Shown here one piece after another: positions 49,496-60,853 of a stretch of DNA of 64,000 nt. The stretch covers positions 64,001-128,000 of the forward strand of contig CAWGZR010000009.1 in assembly GCA_963827165.1 (NCBI GenBank), given 5' to 3'. This DNA is from Candidatus Bathyarchaeota archaeon. GTDB taxonomy: Archaea; Thermoproteota; Bathyarchaeia; Bathyarchaeales; Bathycorpusculaceae. The position numbers were made by a program, and so were the translations under genes. Under the pieces are notes generated by a model that ran no database searches, was not told the DNA's origin, and saw nothing but the letters and a program-made list of their open reading frames with translations. Position 1 is the stretch's first letter; each line of letters starts with the position of its first letter.

Positions 49496-50272
49496 ATGAG
49501 TGTTGAAATCAGAATGCTAAGGGAGTTTACTCCCAATCAATTAATACTAATATGCGGATTGCCTGGAACAGCTTACATTGGAAAACTTTCAGTTGATTAC
49601 CTAATTCAGCAACTCAAAGCTGAACAGATTGGGGAGATCTATTCAAAGTATTTTCCACCTTTCGTTGTTATCAGAGAAGACGGACTTGTTGATCTTCTTC
49701 GAAATGAACTTCACTCATTCAAAGATGAATCAGGACGAACAATCGTTTTTCTCTCCGGCAATTCACAAGCCTATTCTCCGGAGGGTCAATATGAGGTAGC
49801 CGACGCGGTTTTGGATTGGGCAATCAAGAACGGTGTTCAGAGAGTATACTCCATTGCAGCCTACATAACCGAAAGACCTTTCGAAGAGCCAAACGTCTAC
49901 TGCACTGCGACAACGTTGGCCTTGCTTGAAGAAGCCAAAGCACAAAGTGCACAATTTCTCAACGATGGAGTCATCGGAGGCGAAAACGGAATAATAACAG
50001 GTCTTGCCAAAAAGAAAAACGTGGAAGCCGCGTGTTTGCTTGCGGAAACCCACGGGTACCAAACTCCCACTGGAGAATACGTAATAGATCCACGGGCAGC
50101 GAAGGCGGCATTGAAAGTCCTGACTTCAATGTTAAATTTGAAAGTAGATATGGAGCCAATGGACAAACAAGTTGCGCAAATGGATGAAACAATCGCTAAA
50201 TTGATTGAAATTGAGCGTCGAATTCGAGAACAAATGGCTGGTTCAGGTAAGAAGCCCGCTTACGTTACTTAA
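49496..50272 (+). CDS. PAC2 family proteasome assembly chaperone
   Basis: GLPGTAYIGKL.VDYL, GQYE, CLLAET, DPRAAK. Confidence 0.88.
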   Translation: MSVEIRMLREFTPNQLILICGLPGTAYIGKLSVDYLIQQLKAEQIGEIYSKYFPPFVVIREDGLVDLLRNELHSFKDESGRTIVFLSGNSQAYSPEGQYEVADAVLDWAIKNGVQRVYSIAAYITERPFEEPNVYCTATTLALLEEAKAQSAQFLNDGVIGGENGIITGLAKKKNVEAACLLAETHGYQTPTGEYVIDPRAAKAALKVLTSMLNLKVDMEPMDKQVAQMDETIAKLIEIERRIREQMAGSGKKPAYVT

Positions 50273-50287
50273 ATTGAGGATGCTCTG

Positions 50288-50968
50288 ATGGAAAAAGAAA
50301 CATGGATAGAACGCCGCGGCGACGCCAAAATTATCGAGCCAATAGCTGTGGTTGGGTCGCCCGGTTTGAGGTCCATAGGCAAACTTGTCATGGACAGTCT
50401 CATTGTCAAAACTAAAGCAATGAAATTTGCAGACCTGTATTCTACGCATATGCCTTCCATTTACGAAACCAAACCTTCCTACGCTGCCGATCCAGCCTTT
50501 CCGGGCTTTGGGGGTGTCATCGTTGAGTCTGGCAAAGCAGACTTTCCTAAAGTCGAGTTTTACACTTGTTCCTCGCCCTCTTTAATCATTACAAAAGGCT
50601 ATCACGCAAATTTTGAAGGCCAATATGAAGTTGCCATAAAAGTCTTAGATTTACTGGCTGAATGCGATGTGAAAAGAATAATAGTCGTCGCAGGTTACGG
50701 TTCAAAGGACAAGAAAGTATGCTGCGCTGCTACTAGCAAAGAATTAGTCGACGAGATGAAAGAAAAATATGGTATTGAGATAGGATACAAGGGACCTTTC
50801 ATGGGTTTCTCAGGGTTGGTATTTGGCTTGTCAAAGCGGAAGGGCATGGAGGCGGTATGCCTTTTTGCCGGCACCGAACCACGTGAAGAAGATCTCGAGT
50901 TTCCAGATAAGGAAGCATCAGAAAGAGCATTGGATAAGATGAATAAGATGCTTGGCTTTAACGAATAG
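50288..50968 (+). CDS. PAC2 family proteasome assembly chaperone (second paralogue)
   Basis: GSPGLRSIGKL, GQYE, GFSGL, CLFAGT, PDKEAS. Confidence 0.82.
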   Translation: MEKETWIERRGDAKIIEPIAVVGSPGLRSIGKLVMDSLIVKTKAMKFADLYSTHMPSIYETKPSYAADPAFPGFGGVIVESGKADFPKVEFYTCSSPSLIITKGYHANFEGQYEVAIKVLDLLAECDVKRIIVVAGYGSKDKKVCCAATSKELVDEMKEKYGIEIGYKGPFMGFSGLVFGLSKRKGMEAVCLFAGTEPREEDLEFPDKEASERALDKMNKMLGFNE

Positions 50969-51576
50969 CTCTTCACATTACAAACATTATCGTCCGAAGT
51001 CGTTACTGAGCTAATCTTGGCAAGAAAACAAGCCAATAAAACATTTGTTTTCTTCAGACATCGGAGCTTGGCGAGAAATGTCGTGATTGACTTGGGCGAC
51101 GAAATTTTTGATATAAGAAAACTCGAACAGGTCTCTTTTGAAAATAAAGAAAAGCTGCTACGGCTCGCACATAACCTACTTTTGAAATCTAAAACGCAGT
51201 AGTTTCAACTGCCAAAACGGAAAGAAGGCCTTTATGGAATTAATTGAGCAAACCACGGCGTATACCTTAGTATCACTGATAGGTTGTCGTTCTGTTTGTG
51301 AAGGCAAAAGGTTCGCCAGCATGTTTAGATGAGCCGACCATTGAGTTACACAGTATTGAGCCATCTGAACGCGAAGCATCTTCCATTATCGCCGAATAGG
51401 GGGAAAATGCTCTCATAAATAACGATGGGTTAAGCATTTTTCTAGGCAACACTTTAATGATGTTACTGCGATCACAAAGCCACAATAAAATATAGAAAGA
51501 CCCATAAAATCCGACTATTTTCAAACGGAATTCAAAAATATAAGCCATAATAAAGTTCTAACAAGAGACCCATCAA

Positions 51577-52962
51577 ATGCTTGCTAGCCAAAATCTACGG
51601 ACGGAAAATGAAGCTCGAGAACGAGAGTTTTACCTCAAGGAAGATATTAATCAATCAAAATTAGCTATGATCCTGTTTGCAATCCCCCTTGCCGGTTTCA
51701 TTTTTAACGATTACCTATTTTTTGGTATATCCAACATGTTTTATGGACTCATCTTCATTAGGCTTGCACTCTTGTCTGCAACAGGCGTAGAATTGATATA
51801 TATTGGAAGGGTGAAAAGCTACCGCAGCTACGACAAGATAATATTTGTCACGGTGCTGGCAATGATTATGGGTGGGGGAATCATTAATGCCACCCGCCCC
51901 TCAAACATTGCTATAACATGCATCATAACAATCGTGTCAGTGTTTGTTTTGTACTTGGTTGTACCTTTAAAATTTAAGTACCAAGTTTTTCTTGCCACAT
52001 TTACGAGTGTTGGCGAAGCCTTAATTATCGTGTTACTCGCCAGCAATGTCGCCACTTCGGCTATTTTTACTCTACTATTTAGCATGTTTGTTGCAAACGC
52101 AATTGCTGCGTTCAGTGCATGGCGGATGCATTCATATCGAGGAAGGACTTTCCAAGAGTACTTAGAGCATAAAGCACTACAAAATGAATTGGAGCGCCAT
52201 GCAAATCACTTGTCAGAATTGGTTTCAGAGCGAACCAAAGATTTAGTCGACGCTCAATCGCGTCTTATGCAGTCACAGCGCTTATCGGCGATTGGTGAGA
52301 TGGCTGGTATGGTTGGTCATGACCTTCGGAATCCTTTGGCCGCGATTAAGAATGCCGCCTATTTTTTAAGAAAAAAACATGGAACAGTTATCGGTGATAC
52401 CAGCATTGAAATGTTAAATGCAATTGATAGAGCTGTTGAGCATGCCAACGACATCGTTGCTGACTTGCTTGATTTCAGCCGTGAAATACATCTGGATCTT
52501 GAAGAATGTTCACCTAAATCACTAGTAAACTACGTATTACTCGCCATAAATATCCCAAGTAACATCAAGATAACACAAAGCATTCAAAGCGATCTTATGG
52601 TTTGGGTAGATGTATCCAAAATTGAAAGAGTATTTACTAACATAATTAAGAATGCTATTGAAGCTATGCCAAACGGTGGCACAATTGAAATTAGCAGCCG
52701 CCAAAATGAAGGAAATGTTGAATTTATTTTTGCGGATACGGGCAGCGGCATGCCTGAAGATGTAATTGGGAAAATTTTTACGCCTCTCTTTACCACCAAA
52801 GCACAAGGAATGGGTTTCGGACTGGCAATATGTAAACGAATGGTGGAAGCTCATGGAGGCAAAATTGGCGTTGAGAGTTCACTCGGCAAAGGCACAAAAT
52901 TTACAATTTCATTACCTACCGAGCAAACGCATCAGAAGATAGGACAGGAACAACAAAGGTAA
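51577..52962 (+). CDS. Membrane-bound sensor histidine kinase
   Basis: 5-6 TM helices, HDLRNP, NIIKNA, DTGSG, GMGFGL. Confidence 0.92.
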   Translation: MLASQNLRTENEAREREFYLKEDINQSKLAMILFAIPLAGFIFNDYLFFGISNMFYGLIFIRLALLSATGVELIYIGRVKSYRSYDKIIFVTVLAMIMGGGIINATRPSNIAITCIITIVSVFVLYLVVPLKFKYQVFLATFTSVGEALIIVLLASNVATSAIFTLLFSMFVANAIAAFSAWRMHSYRGRTFQEYLEHKALQNELERHANHLSELVSERTKDLVDAQSRLMQSQRLSAIGEMAGMVGHDLRNPLAAIKNAAYFLRKKHGTVIGDTSIEMLNAIDRAVEHANDIVADLLDFSREIHLDLEECSPKSLVNYVLLAINIPSNIKITQSIQSDLMVWVDVSKIERVFTNIIKNAIEAMPNGGTIEISSRQNEGNVEFIFADTGSGMPEDVIGKIFTPLFTTKAQGMGFGLAICKRMVEAHGGKIGVESSLGKGTKFTISLPTEQTHQKIGQEQQR

Positions 52963-53080
52963 AAATTTCCAAAAGGCAATCGTTTGAGCTTCTAATTAGC
53001 CAATTATCCACTTTTTAAAAGGTAATGTATCAGAGTTAATCAAACGACATTACGCTGACAATATAAGTTATTCAACAAAA

Positions 53081-54340
53081 TTACAGAAGACGTTTTTTCG
53101 ACGTTTTCTTCAGGGCAACCAACAGCGCCGCCGAAACAGCAACTGTGAGCACCGCAATTGTAACATATAATAGTTGAAGCGTAAACAATCCGTTGGTCTG
53201 AAAATTAAGTTTTGCGAGCCATACGGACTGACTTTTTGAGCCTACAATTACGTAGCCGCCACTTCTAACGGGAATAAGCGAGTTATAGTTTGCCTCCAAC
53301 CCCCAGGGCAATGACACCCCGGGAAGACTCATCTTCCAAAGTTCGTCGCTGGATTTATCGATCATCATTAATCCAGGTTCAGTTAGGTTTGAGATGGTTA
53401 GCAACAAGTAGTCTTCGTTCGAGGTTTCAACTGCGCCTGTTATTGAGCTGCCTTTGGCGCCGAATGTTTGGTTCCATTGCATGGCGCCTACAGAATCTGT
53501 TTTGACTATCCAGGCGCATTTGTCCCAAAGATAACCGTACAATAGGTATCCACCATCTCGTGTAGCGATTGCTCCATTGCATTCAGGTTGGATGAAATAG
53601 CCTTGGCCGCCGTAAGTTGTATTCCAAATAATGCCGCCTGAGGCGTTCATTTTGGCGAGCGAGAAAAAGCCTTGATTGGGAACAAAAGAGTATGGAGTGC
53701 AAGACAAAATGTATCCTCCATCGGAAGTTTGAATAATGGTTGAGGGGCAATCAGCGACTTTTCCCAGAAGCGTCTCGTTCCACTGCATGTTTCCATACGA
53801 ATTAGTTTTAAAAAACCATATCCAGCCCAGACCTTCTACTGCGTTCTCCCCGAAATCCGCAAATGCGAAACCGCCGTCGCGAGTTTGAATGATTGACATG
53901 AGATAGTTTACTTGAGCGCCCGAACTGAACATTTGGGTCCATTGAACGTTACCTTGCGAATCAGTTTTCACCAAAGTGCACTGATTATTTACAAGTCCCG
54001 CCAAAAGGTAGCCACCGTCGCTTGTAGGAAGGAGGCGAGTAAGATTCGTAATATCTTGGCCTACTCGAATTGTCTTCATCCATAAAAGATGATTTGAAGA
54101 GTCAAGTTTTACTAAGAAAGTAGATGTTTGGTTGGAAGTGTTTAAAACCAAACTTCCGTCAGCAAGCTGAAAAACCGAGTAACCGGTTTCGCCGGGCAAA
54201 TTAGAATTCAACACAATAGGAGAAGACAACGGACTAGAATCTCTTGATTCCGTGGAAGCAAACGCTACCCCTGAAAAGGCTGAAATCAACATTACCGTTA
54301 TCAAGAATGCGGAAATCGTCTCCTTGTCCATATTGAGCAT
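53081..54340 (-). CDS. Secreted beta-propeller repeat surface protein with C-terminal TM anchor
   Basis: Repeated T.DGGY...KTDS.G..QWN.T.G motifs; signal peptide; TM + KK tail. Confidence 0.8.
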   Translation of the reverse strand: MLNMDKETISAFLITVMLISAFSGVAFASTESRDSSPLSSPIVLNSNLPGETGYSVFQLADGSLVLNTSNQTSTFLVKLDSSNHLLWMKTIRVGQDITNLTRLLPTSDGGYLLAGLVNNQCTLVKTDSQGNVQWTQMFSSGAQVNYLMSIIQTRDGGFAFADFGENAVEGLGWIWFFKTNSYGNMQWNETLLGKVADCPSTIIQTSDGGYILSCTPYSFVPNQGFFSLAKMNASGGIIWNTTYGGQGYFIQPECNGAIATRDGGYLLYGYLWDKCAWIVKTDSVGAMQWNQTFGAKGSSITGAVETSNEDYLLLTISNLTEPGLMMIDKSSDELWKMSLPGVSLPWGLEANYNSLIPVRSGGYVIVGSKSQSVWLAKLNFQTNGLFTLQLLYVTIAVLTVAVSAALLVALKKTSKKRLL

Positions 54341-54669
54341 AACATAAACCTGATTCCGATGAATATTAGTCTAATCTTGGAACGCCAATGTTCCACTTTT
54401 GGAACAGACTTACCGAAACCTGATTGGACGAACATTTCTAATTTGCTTCTCACAAGGGTTTGGTTTTGCCAGTGGTGCAAAACTGTATTTCTTATTGCTC
54501 TTCAAAAGTCAAAGATGAATTAAAGAGCAAGATAGCTTTCCGCTTAGATACTTTACAATTGTTTGGACCCAGCGGTCCAAGCGCTTGTTTACGTTGGGTT
54601 TCTAGTGTATCACCATGCAACCGATAGTAATTCTTTTAAGGACACCGGGCTATTCTTGTATGCTATTCG

Positions 54670-56301
54670 GTGAGGAGAGAAAAGGTGGCTACGGGCACAG
54701 GGGTTAAAATTGTTCTTACAGCGTCAGCAACAGAAATGAGCGATTTCTATAATAATCCATTTATAGCTTTCACAGCGGGTTTCGCGAGAGGTCCCTTCCC
54801 ACTTTCACTCGTGAGAAAAACCTTGTATCCGCCTGTTGACCGCAGACCCGACGGCAGGGCAAGATTCGCGCCATATGGCCTTCGAAAAGTCGAGGCTATG
54901 CTTCTAGAAAACGGGTTCACGTCCAAAGAAGTTGTCGTGGTTCACCCCGACGACCTAGAAGATTTTGTAGGCCCACAAACAAGGGTTCTTGGCATATCCT
55001 CGATGGATCCGACAGGCATGGGCTATGTAAGCAAAACGTACTCGTCAATTATCGGCGGTGGTGAACCCATGAATGCCGTGGAATTCCAAAAACTCGTAAC
55101 TCACCCAAGCATCAAGAAGTATAAACCGAAAATTATTGTCGGGGGATTCGGCGCTTGGCAGCTGGAACGCAAACATGTGTCAGATAGTTTAGGCGTCGAT
55201 TGTGTGCTTCTCGGCGGAAGACCCGAACCCATAATTGACATTTTCAAGAAAGCCGTCAGCGGCAAAGCTCTCCCGCGCATCGTCAAAGCTGACGAATCAA
55301 TCAGCAACTGGGATTACAACACTATTATGCCCCTGACCCGTCACGCGGGAATCCATGGCGCGGTGGAAATTTCAAAAGGCTGCGGAAGAAACTGCCAGTT
55401 TTGCACTCCCACTATGCAGCATAAAATTGATGTTCCGCTTGAAAAAATTATGCACGAAGTAGCGTTAACTACGGCTGAAGGCAGCAACCACATAACCCTC
55501 GTCACCGAAGACCTGTTCCTCTATGGAGCAGACAAGAACTTTGTTCCCAACAGAGAAGCCGTTGTGAACCTCGTCAAGAACGTTGCGAAGTACCCTGGCG
55601 TCAAAAGCATCCAGGCTTCTCACATGTCGTTGGCTCCGGCAGTTCATAACCCGCAGATGATTAAGGAACTCGCGGAAATTCTGATTGAACGCAGTTGGTA
55701 CTCGTTCGGCAAAAAAGCCATAATCACCGCTGAAACCGGAATTGAAACTGGCAGCCCCCGTTTGATGAAGAAGTACATGGGTGGCAAGATGCTACCGTAT
55801 AAGCCTGAGCAGTGGCAAGAAATCGTTGAAGGTGCGTTCGGCATCTTAAACGATAACAACTGGTATCCTCTGGCAACCTTGATTATCGGTTTGCCCGACG
55901 AGAAAGAAGAAGATGTACTGCAGACGCTTGAATTGATGGACAAACTTAAGAATTATAACGCATTTTACGTGCCCCTATTCTTCGTTCCGCTTGAGAACTG
56001 TGTGTTGATGAAACAGAAGGGCGCGGAACTTGACTCTCTCTCGCAGATACGCTGGGACTTCTTCATCAAATGCTGGGAATATAACGTCCGCATCTGGAAA
56101 CCCACTTTCCTAGAAAACCGCATCCGAAACCCATTTCTCTACAAAGCAATAGAACACATCGTCATTCCCTACGCGGGAAGAATCGCAGGATTTTACTTCG
56201 GCTTGACAAGAGGCGAACAACTGAAACAAGCGTTATGGAGTCTTAGCATGTCTGAGCCAGCCACCGTTAAAGGCATTAAGGGTCGGAGAAACTCAAGTTG
56301 A
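54670..56301 (+). CDS. B12-binding domain radical SAM protein
   Basis: APYGLRKVE, VGGFG, GCGRNCQFC, GIETGS, IIGLP. Confidence 0.9.
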   Translation: MRREKVATGTGVKIVLTASATEMSDFYNNPFIAFTAGFARGPFPLSLVRKTLYPPVDRRPDGRARFAPYGLRKVEAMLLENGFTSKEVVVVHPDDLEDFVGPQTRVLGISSMDPTGMGYVSKTYSSIIGGGEPMNAVEFQKLVTHPSIKKYKPKIIVGGFGAWQLERKHVSDSLGVDCVLLGGRPEPIIDIFKKAVSGKALPRIVKADESISNWDYNTIMPLTRHAGIHGAVEISKGCGRNCQFCTPTMQHKIDVPLEKIMHEVALTTAEGSNHITLVTEDLFLYGADKNFVPNREAVVNLVKNVAKYPGVKSIQASHMSLAPAVHNPQMIKELAEILIERSWYSFGKKAIITAETGIETGSPRLMKKYMGGKMLPYKPEQWQEIVEGAFGILNDNNWYPLATLIIGLPDEKEEDVLQTLELMDKLKNYNAFYVPLFFVPLENCVLMKQKGAELDSLSQIRWDFFIKCWEYNVRIWKPTFLENRIRNPFLYKAIEHIVIPYAGRIAGFYFGLTRGEQLKQALWSLSMSEPATVKGIKGRRNSS

Positions 56302-57217
56302 TCATAGGCGGCTCTTCAGACTCATTCGCGGTTTCATGTTTTTCCTCTTCTTTCAGCGGCTGTTCCTGAATTGTTTCAGCAGCGGGTTGAGTCGGCATTT
56401 TAAGGATTTTCCGTGCATGGGTAATGTATCCTGTGTGTCCAGTCATTAGGGTTTGAGGTCGGGTTTTTCCTCGTTCAACCTGCATTGCCCGCATCATGCA
56501 TTCAATGGTTTCGATGAATACGAACCCATTTTCTTTTAGTGCTTCGGTAGTTTTCACAACTTGGTCAATCGTTGGGCTGAAAGAAACAAGTATGCCTGAC
56601 GGCCTAAGCGCTTCGTACGCGTGGGGGACAACAAGCCAAGGAACAGCTAGATCCAAAATCACCGCATCCACATCCCTCTCCTCGATACCGAGGGTCACGT
56701 CGCCGCTTTTCATCTCTACATGATCAATGAGTTTTGAGCGTTCGAGGTTTTTGGCTGCGTTTTTTTGGAATTCGCATCGCAGCTCGTAGGTGTAGACTTT
56801 TCCTGTTGGACCAACATAATGTGCGAGGGCTGTGGTTAATGATCCTGTTCCTGTACCCGATTCGACCACTCGGCTTCCCGGACCGATTCCACTGAACATG
56901 ACAATTAGGGCTGCATCTTTCGGGTAGATGATCTGCGTATTTCGCGAAGACTTCATGATGTAGTCTGTTAAGGCAGGTTTCAGCGTGGTGAAGTAAATGC
57001 CTAAGCTGCTTTTGATTGGTTCGCCGTATTCTTTTCCGATTAATTCGTCTAGTTTCAAGTAGCCTTTGTGAGTGTGGAATGTTTGGCCTGCCTGCATCTT
57101 GATCATGTAGGTTCTGCGCGCGTCCAAGTAAATGAGAACGTAGTCTCCCTCGCATATTTTTTGGTTAGCCAACAGATTTGTTCCTCTTTGGGAAAATGAA
57201 AATGCAGGTTGTGCCAT
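56276..57217 (-). CDS. trmI: tRNA (adenine-N1)-methyltransferase
   Basis: TQIIYPKDA, VESGTGTGSLT, LDLAVPW, HTGY. Confidence 0.93.
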   Translation of the reverse strand: MAQPAFSFSQRGTNLLANQKICEGDYVLIYLDARRTYMIKMQAGQTFHTHKGYLKLDELIGKEYGEPIKSSLGIYFTTLKPALTDYIMKSSRNTQIIYPKDAALIVMFSGIGPGSRVVESGTGTGSLTTALAHYVGPTGKVYTYELRCEFQKNAAKNLERSKLIDHVEMKSGDVTLGIEERDVDAVILDLAVPWLVVPHAYEALRPSGILVSFSPTIDQVVKTTEALKENGFVFIETIECMMRAMQVERGKTRPQTLMTGHTGYITHARKILKMPTQPAAETIQEQPLKEEEKHETANESEEPPMINLSFSDP

Positions 57218-57411
57218 TTAAGCTTTGAATACCTGTTCCTTTAGGAAAGGTCTCTAGTCAATGAAAACAGAATTTTGATGTACTAATGAACGCCATTATT
57301 TTCTTATGTTTGAAAATACATAGATTAATATGGCTTATACACTGAGATTAGCTAGCGACCTATTTTGATACGTACGGGCAAGTTTAATTAATTTTTGGAG
57401 CTGAAAAATAA

Positions 57412-60400
57412 GTGAAAACGCCAAACAAAAACAAGAAAATGGAAAGCCCTTCTTTAAGTTCCAAAGTGGGAAAATCCATAATCGTGGGGATAGGCGCTTC
57501 CGCAGGTGGATTAGAGGCATTCAAAGTGTTGCTCGAATCCTTGCCTGCCGACACGGGCTTATCTTTTGTCATCATCCAGCATCTGGCTAGCGGTCAAGAA
57601 AGCTTGTTAACAGAAATTCTATCAAGATTCACCAACATGCCAGTTCAAACTGTTAAAGACGGGACGGAAGTTGAAGCAGACAATGTTTACGTAATTCCTC
57701 CTGGAACAATCATGACCATGGATAATAAGATGCTCAAACTCAACCCAAAAATCACAATGATCAAGCCTATAGATGCCTTCTTTGTTTCCCTTGCCGAGGA
57801 TTTGAAAACTCAAAGCATAGGGATCATTCTTTCAGGAACTGGATCTGATGGAACCGAAGGGCTAAAAGCCATCAAGACACATGGAGGAATCACTTTCGCC
57901 CAGAGTCCAGAATCTGCAGAGTATCCAGCGATGCCCCAGAGTGCTATTTCGGCTGACGCAGCAGATTTTGTTTTGCCTCCTAACAAAATTGCAGAGAAAC
58001 TGCCAATAATTGCCAAGAACCCTAAGCTTGTACACACCGAAATTGAATCAAAAGGGAAAAACAGGGCGAGAGAACCTGCAGCAAAAAACGAAACAGGCTT
58101 GATTGCAATTTTTTCAATGTTAAAAACCGCGTTTAATGTCGATTTCTCTCATTACAAGGAAACCGTGGTAAATCGCCGCGTAAACCGCCGAATGGTAATT
58201 AACAATATGGAAGAAATCGCACGATACGTGGAATATTTGAAGGCACACCCAAATGAGTTAGAAGCATTATATAACGACATGTTGATTGGCGTAACTAGCT
58301 TTTTCAGGGAAACAGAAACATTTGCATCCCTTAAAGAAACTGCGTTTCCAGAGATTGTGAAGAACCGTTTGCCTAAAGATCCCATTAGAATTTGGATTCC
58401 AGGCTGCTCAACAGGCGAAGAAGCCTACTCATTCGCCATAGCAATTCAGGAATTCCTCGATGAAAAGTCGCTTAATCTTCAGGTCCAGATTTTCGGAACC
58501 GACGTTAACGAAAGAAACATTGAGAAAGCTCGACAAGGCATCTACCCAAAAACCATTGAAGCCGACGTCAATGAAAACCGACTAAAACAATTCTTTATCG
58601 AAAATAATGGCAACTATCAAATTGCCAAAGCCATCCGAGACATGTGTGTTTTTGCGAAGCAGGACGTAACAGCAGACCCGCCATTCTCCAACTTGGACCT
58701 TGTCAGTTGCCGCAACATGCTCATATATTTTGACGAGTACCTGCACGAAAGAATAATACATACTCTGAATTATGCGCTGAAACTGGGTTGTTTTCTTGTT
58801 CTCGGATCATCTGAAAGCATCGGACAATTCACCAGTTTCTTTGAACCTGTTAGCAAACGAGGCGTGATTTACGTTAAAAAAAGAGCCCAACCCACCATAA
58901 CTTTCGGCTTGCAATCGTCATTCCCCTATGCAAAATCTCAAGCCGAAAAAAGTGTTGAGAAGAAAGACGTACTTTCGGCGCTACGGGACGAAGTCGACCG
59001 GTTATTGATTACGGAATATGTTCCCGCCGCATTACTGGTTAATAATGATTTAGACGTTCTTATTTTCCGAGGGAACGTTGGACATTACATTTCGCCTGAT
59101 TCGGGATTAGCGAGTTTAAATTTATCTAAGATTATTAGGAAAGAACTAAGACCCGAGATAACGTCAGTAGTTTATCGGGCAAAGAAAGAAAAGAAACCTA
59201 TTAAGGAAAACGCGGTGCGGTTTGAGTATTCGGGGGAGCAGAAAACAATCAATATTCAGGTACTTCCTTTGCATGTACCACAATATGAGGAACCTTTCTT
59301 TTTGCTTCTATTCGAAGACGTCAGTTCAGCAGCAACTCTCCTACGTCAAAACACGGAATTAACTTTCAGTTCCGAAGGTAAAGACATCGCCCGCGACCGC
59401 CAAAATCGAGAGCTCAGGGAAGAATTGGAGTCAACAAAGCAGACTTTGCAGCGAATTGTTGAAACTCAGGAAGCCACAAACGAAGAGCTGAGAACTACGA
59501 TGGAGGAGGCGCAGTCAAGCAACGAGGAGTTACAGAGCACAAACGAAGAATTGGAAACTGCGAAAGAAGAGCTTCAATCAAGCAACGAGGAACTGAAAAC
59601 GCTTAATGATGAGTTGAAGAACCGAAACCAGGTACTTGCGCAAGTGAACGATGACTTAACTAATTTGAACAGAAATGTGGATCCAGCGGTCATCATGGTC
59701 GATAAAAATCTAAAGATTAGATTATTTTCTCCCTCAGCACAAACAATTCTCAACCTTTCGGTTTCAGAAATTGGGCTGCCGCTGACAACTGTTAAATTGG
59801 GCATAAAAGTAGAAGACATAGAAAAAAATATTTACGAAGTAGTATCTAAACTCCATCCTATCACTAGAGAAGTGCGAGACGAAAAAGGTCGCTATTACGA
59901 TATGCGAATACGACCGTATATTACACAAGATGATAGGATCGGTGGTGCCATTCTATCCTTTTTAGACATCGATGAGCTGAGAAAATACCAGCGGCTTGCT
60001 AACATAGGTGAGGCAGCTGGCATGGTAGGTCATGATATCCGCAATCCCCTGCAGGCTATCACCAGCGACTTGTACTTGATCAACGATGAGCTAAAGGGTG
60101 TGCCTCAGGGCGAAAGCAGGAAAGCTATGGAAGAGAGTCTTGATTCAATTGGGCAAAACATCGTTTATATTGATAAGATAGTTAGCGATCTGCAGGATTA
60201 TACAAGGACGATCAAGCCAAACATTCAAGAAATTAACCTTAACGACTTGGCAAACATGATTCTTGCCAAAACAAACATTCCGAAAAACATACAGACTCAA
60301 ATCAACGTGGATCCAAACCTGATTCTCGGAGCTGATTCTGCATACCTTAGGCGAGTTCTAACCAACCTGATTATTAATGCAATACAGGCGATGCCTAACG

Positions 60401-60666
60401 GCGGCAAACTAACAGTAAGAGCGACGGTAAACGGGGGAAATGTATCCATTGATATTGAGGACACTGGCGTGGGTATACCTGATCGTGTTAAGCCTAACTT
60501 GTTTAAGCCTCTGTTCACAACCAAATCGAAAGGTCAAGGGTTAGGTTTAGCCGTGGTTAAGCGCCTTGTTGAAGGATTAGACGGCAAAGTAAGCTTTGTA
60601 AGTCAAGAAGGCAACGGAACAAAATTCACGATAGAGTTACCTCTGAAAGCAAGAAACACTGCATAA
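57412..60666 (+). CDS. CheB-CheR-PAS-coiled coil-PAS-histidine kinase fusion
   Basis: GASAGG/QH/GSDG (CheB triad), GVTSFFRE/GCSTGEE/CRN (CheR), NEELQS heptads, HDIRNP, GQGLGL. Confidence 0.92.
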   Translation: MKTPNKNKKMESPSLSSKVGKSIIVGIGASAGGLEAFKVLLESLPADTGLSFVIIQHLASGQESLLTEILSRFTNMPVQTVKDGTEVEADNVYVIPPGTIMTMDNKMLKLNPKITMIKPIDAFFVSLAEDLKTQSIGIILSGTGSDGTEGLKAIKTHGGITFAQSPESAEYPAMPQSAISADAADFVLPPNKIAEKLPIIAKNPKLVHTEIESKGKNRAREPAAKNETGLIAIFSMLKTAFNVDFSHYKETVVNRRVNRRMVINNMEEIARYVEYLKAHPNELEALYNDMLIGVTSFFRETETFASLKETAFPEIVKNRLPKDPIRIWIPGCSTGEEAYSFAIAIQEFLDEKSLNLQVQIFGTDVNERNIEKARQGIYPKTIEADVNENRLKQFFIENNGNYQIAKAIRDMCVFAKQDVTADPPFSNLDLVSCRNMLIYFDEYLHERIIHTLNYALKLGCFLVLGSSESIGQFTSFFEPVSKRGVIYVKKRAQPTITFGLQSSFPYAKSQAEKSVEKKDVLSALRDEVDRLLITEYVPAALLVNNDLDVLIFRGNVGHYISPDSGLASLNLSKIIRKELRPEITSVVYRAKKEKKPIKENAVRFEYSGEQKTINIQVLPLHVPQYEEPFFLLLFEDVSSAATLLRQNTELTFSSEGKDIARDRQNRELREELESTKQTLQRIVETQEATNEELRTTMEEAQSSNEELQSTNEELETAKEELQSSNEELKTLNDELKNRNQVLAQVNDDLTNLNRNVDPAVIMVDKNLKIRLFSPSAQTILNLSVSEIGLPLTTVKLGIKVEDIEKNIYEVVSKLHPITREVRDEKGRYYDMRIRPYITQDDRIGGAILSFLDIDELRKYQRLANIGEAAGMVGHDIRNPLQAITSDLYLINDELKGVPQGESRKAMEESLDSIGQNIVYIDKIVSDLQDYTRTIKPNIQEINLNDLANMILAKTNIPKNIQTQINVDPNLILGADSAYLRRVLTNLIINAIQAMPNGGKLTVRATVNGGNVSIDIEDTGVGIPDRVKPNLFKPLFTTKSKGQGLGLAVVKRLVEGLDGKVSFVSQEGNGTKFTIELPLKARNTA

Positions 60667-60853
60667 AAATTTCTTTTGAAGCGTCCTAACAATTTAGCGC
60701 TAACATGAAGCTTACTCAAGCTCGAGATTTGACAGGTAAAAGGTTTGCACGTATGCCCTTTCCCCAATGCGAGAAACTAATGAACAAGTACTGCAAAAAT
60801 GGATTATATACTCAGTTCTTTGTGGGTATTCTCGTATTCCTCAACCATGTGCT

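Noticed and set aside
50966-51202. In-frame open stretch after the TAG of the second PAC2 gene (possible readthrough)
   Set aside because: The PAC2 domain appears complete at the stop, the extension has no recognisable motif and there is no pyl evidence in the window
19000-54500. Central region as a mobile element
   Set aside because: It looks AT-richer by eye, but no integrase, transposase, tRNA or att repeats were found; composition was not computed
59480-59620. Nucleotide-level periodicity (AACGAGGAG/AACGAAGAA)
   Set aside because: Explained by the NEEL heptad repeats of the CheB-CheR kinase coiled coil
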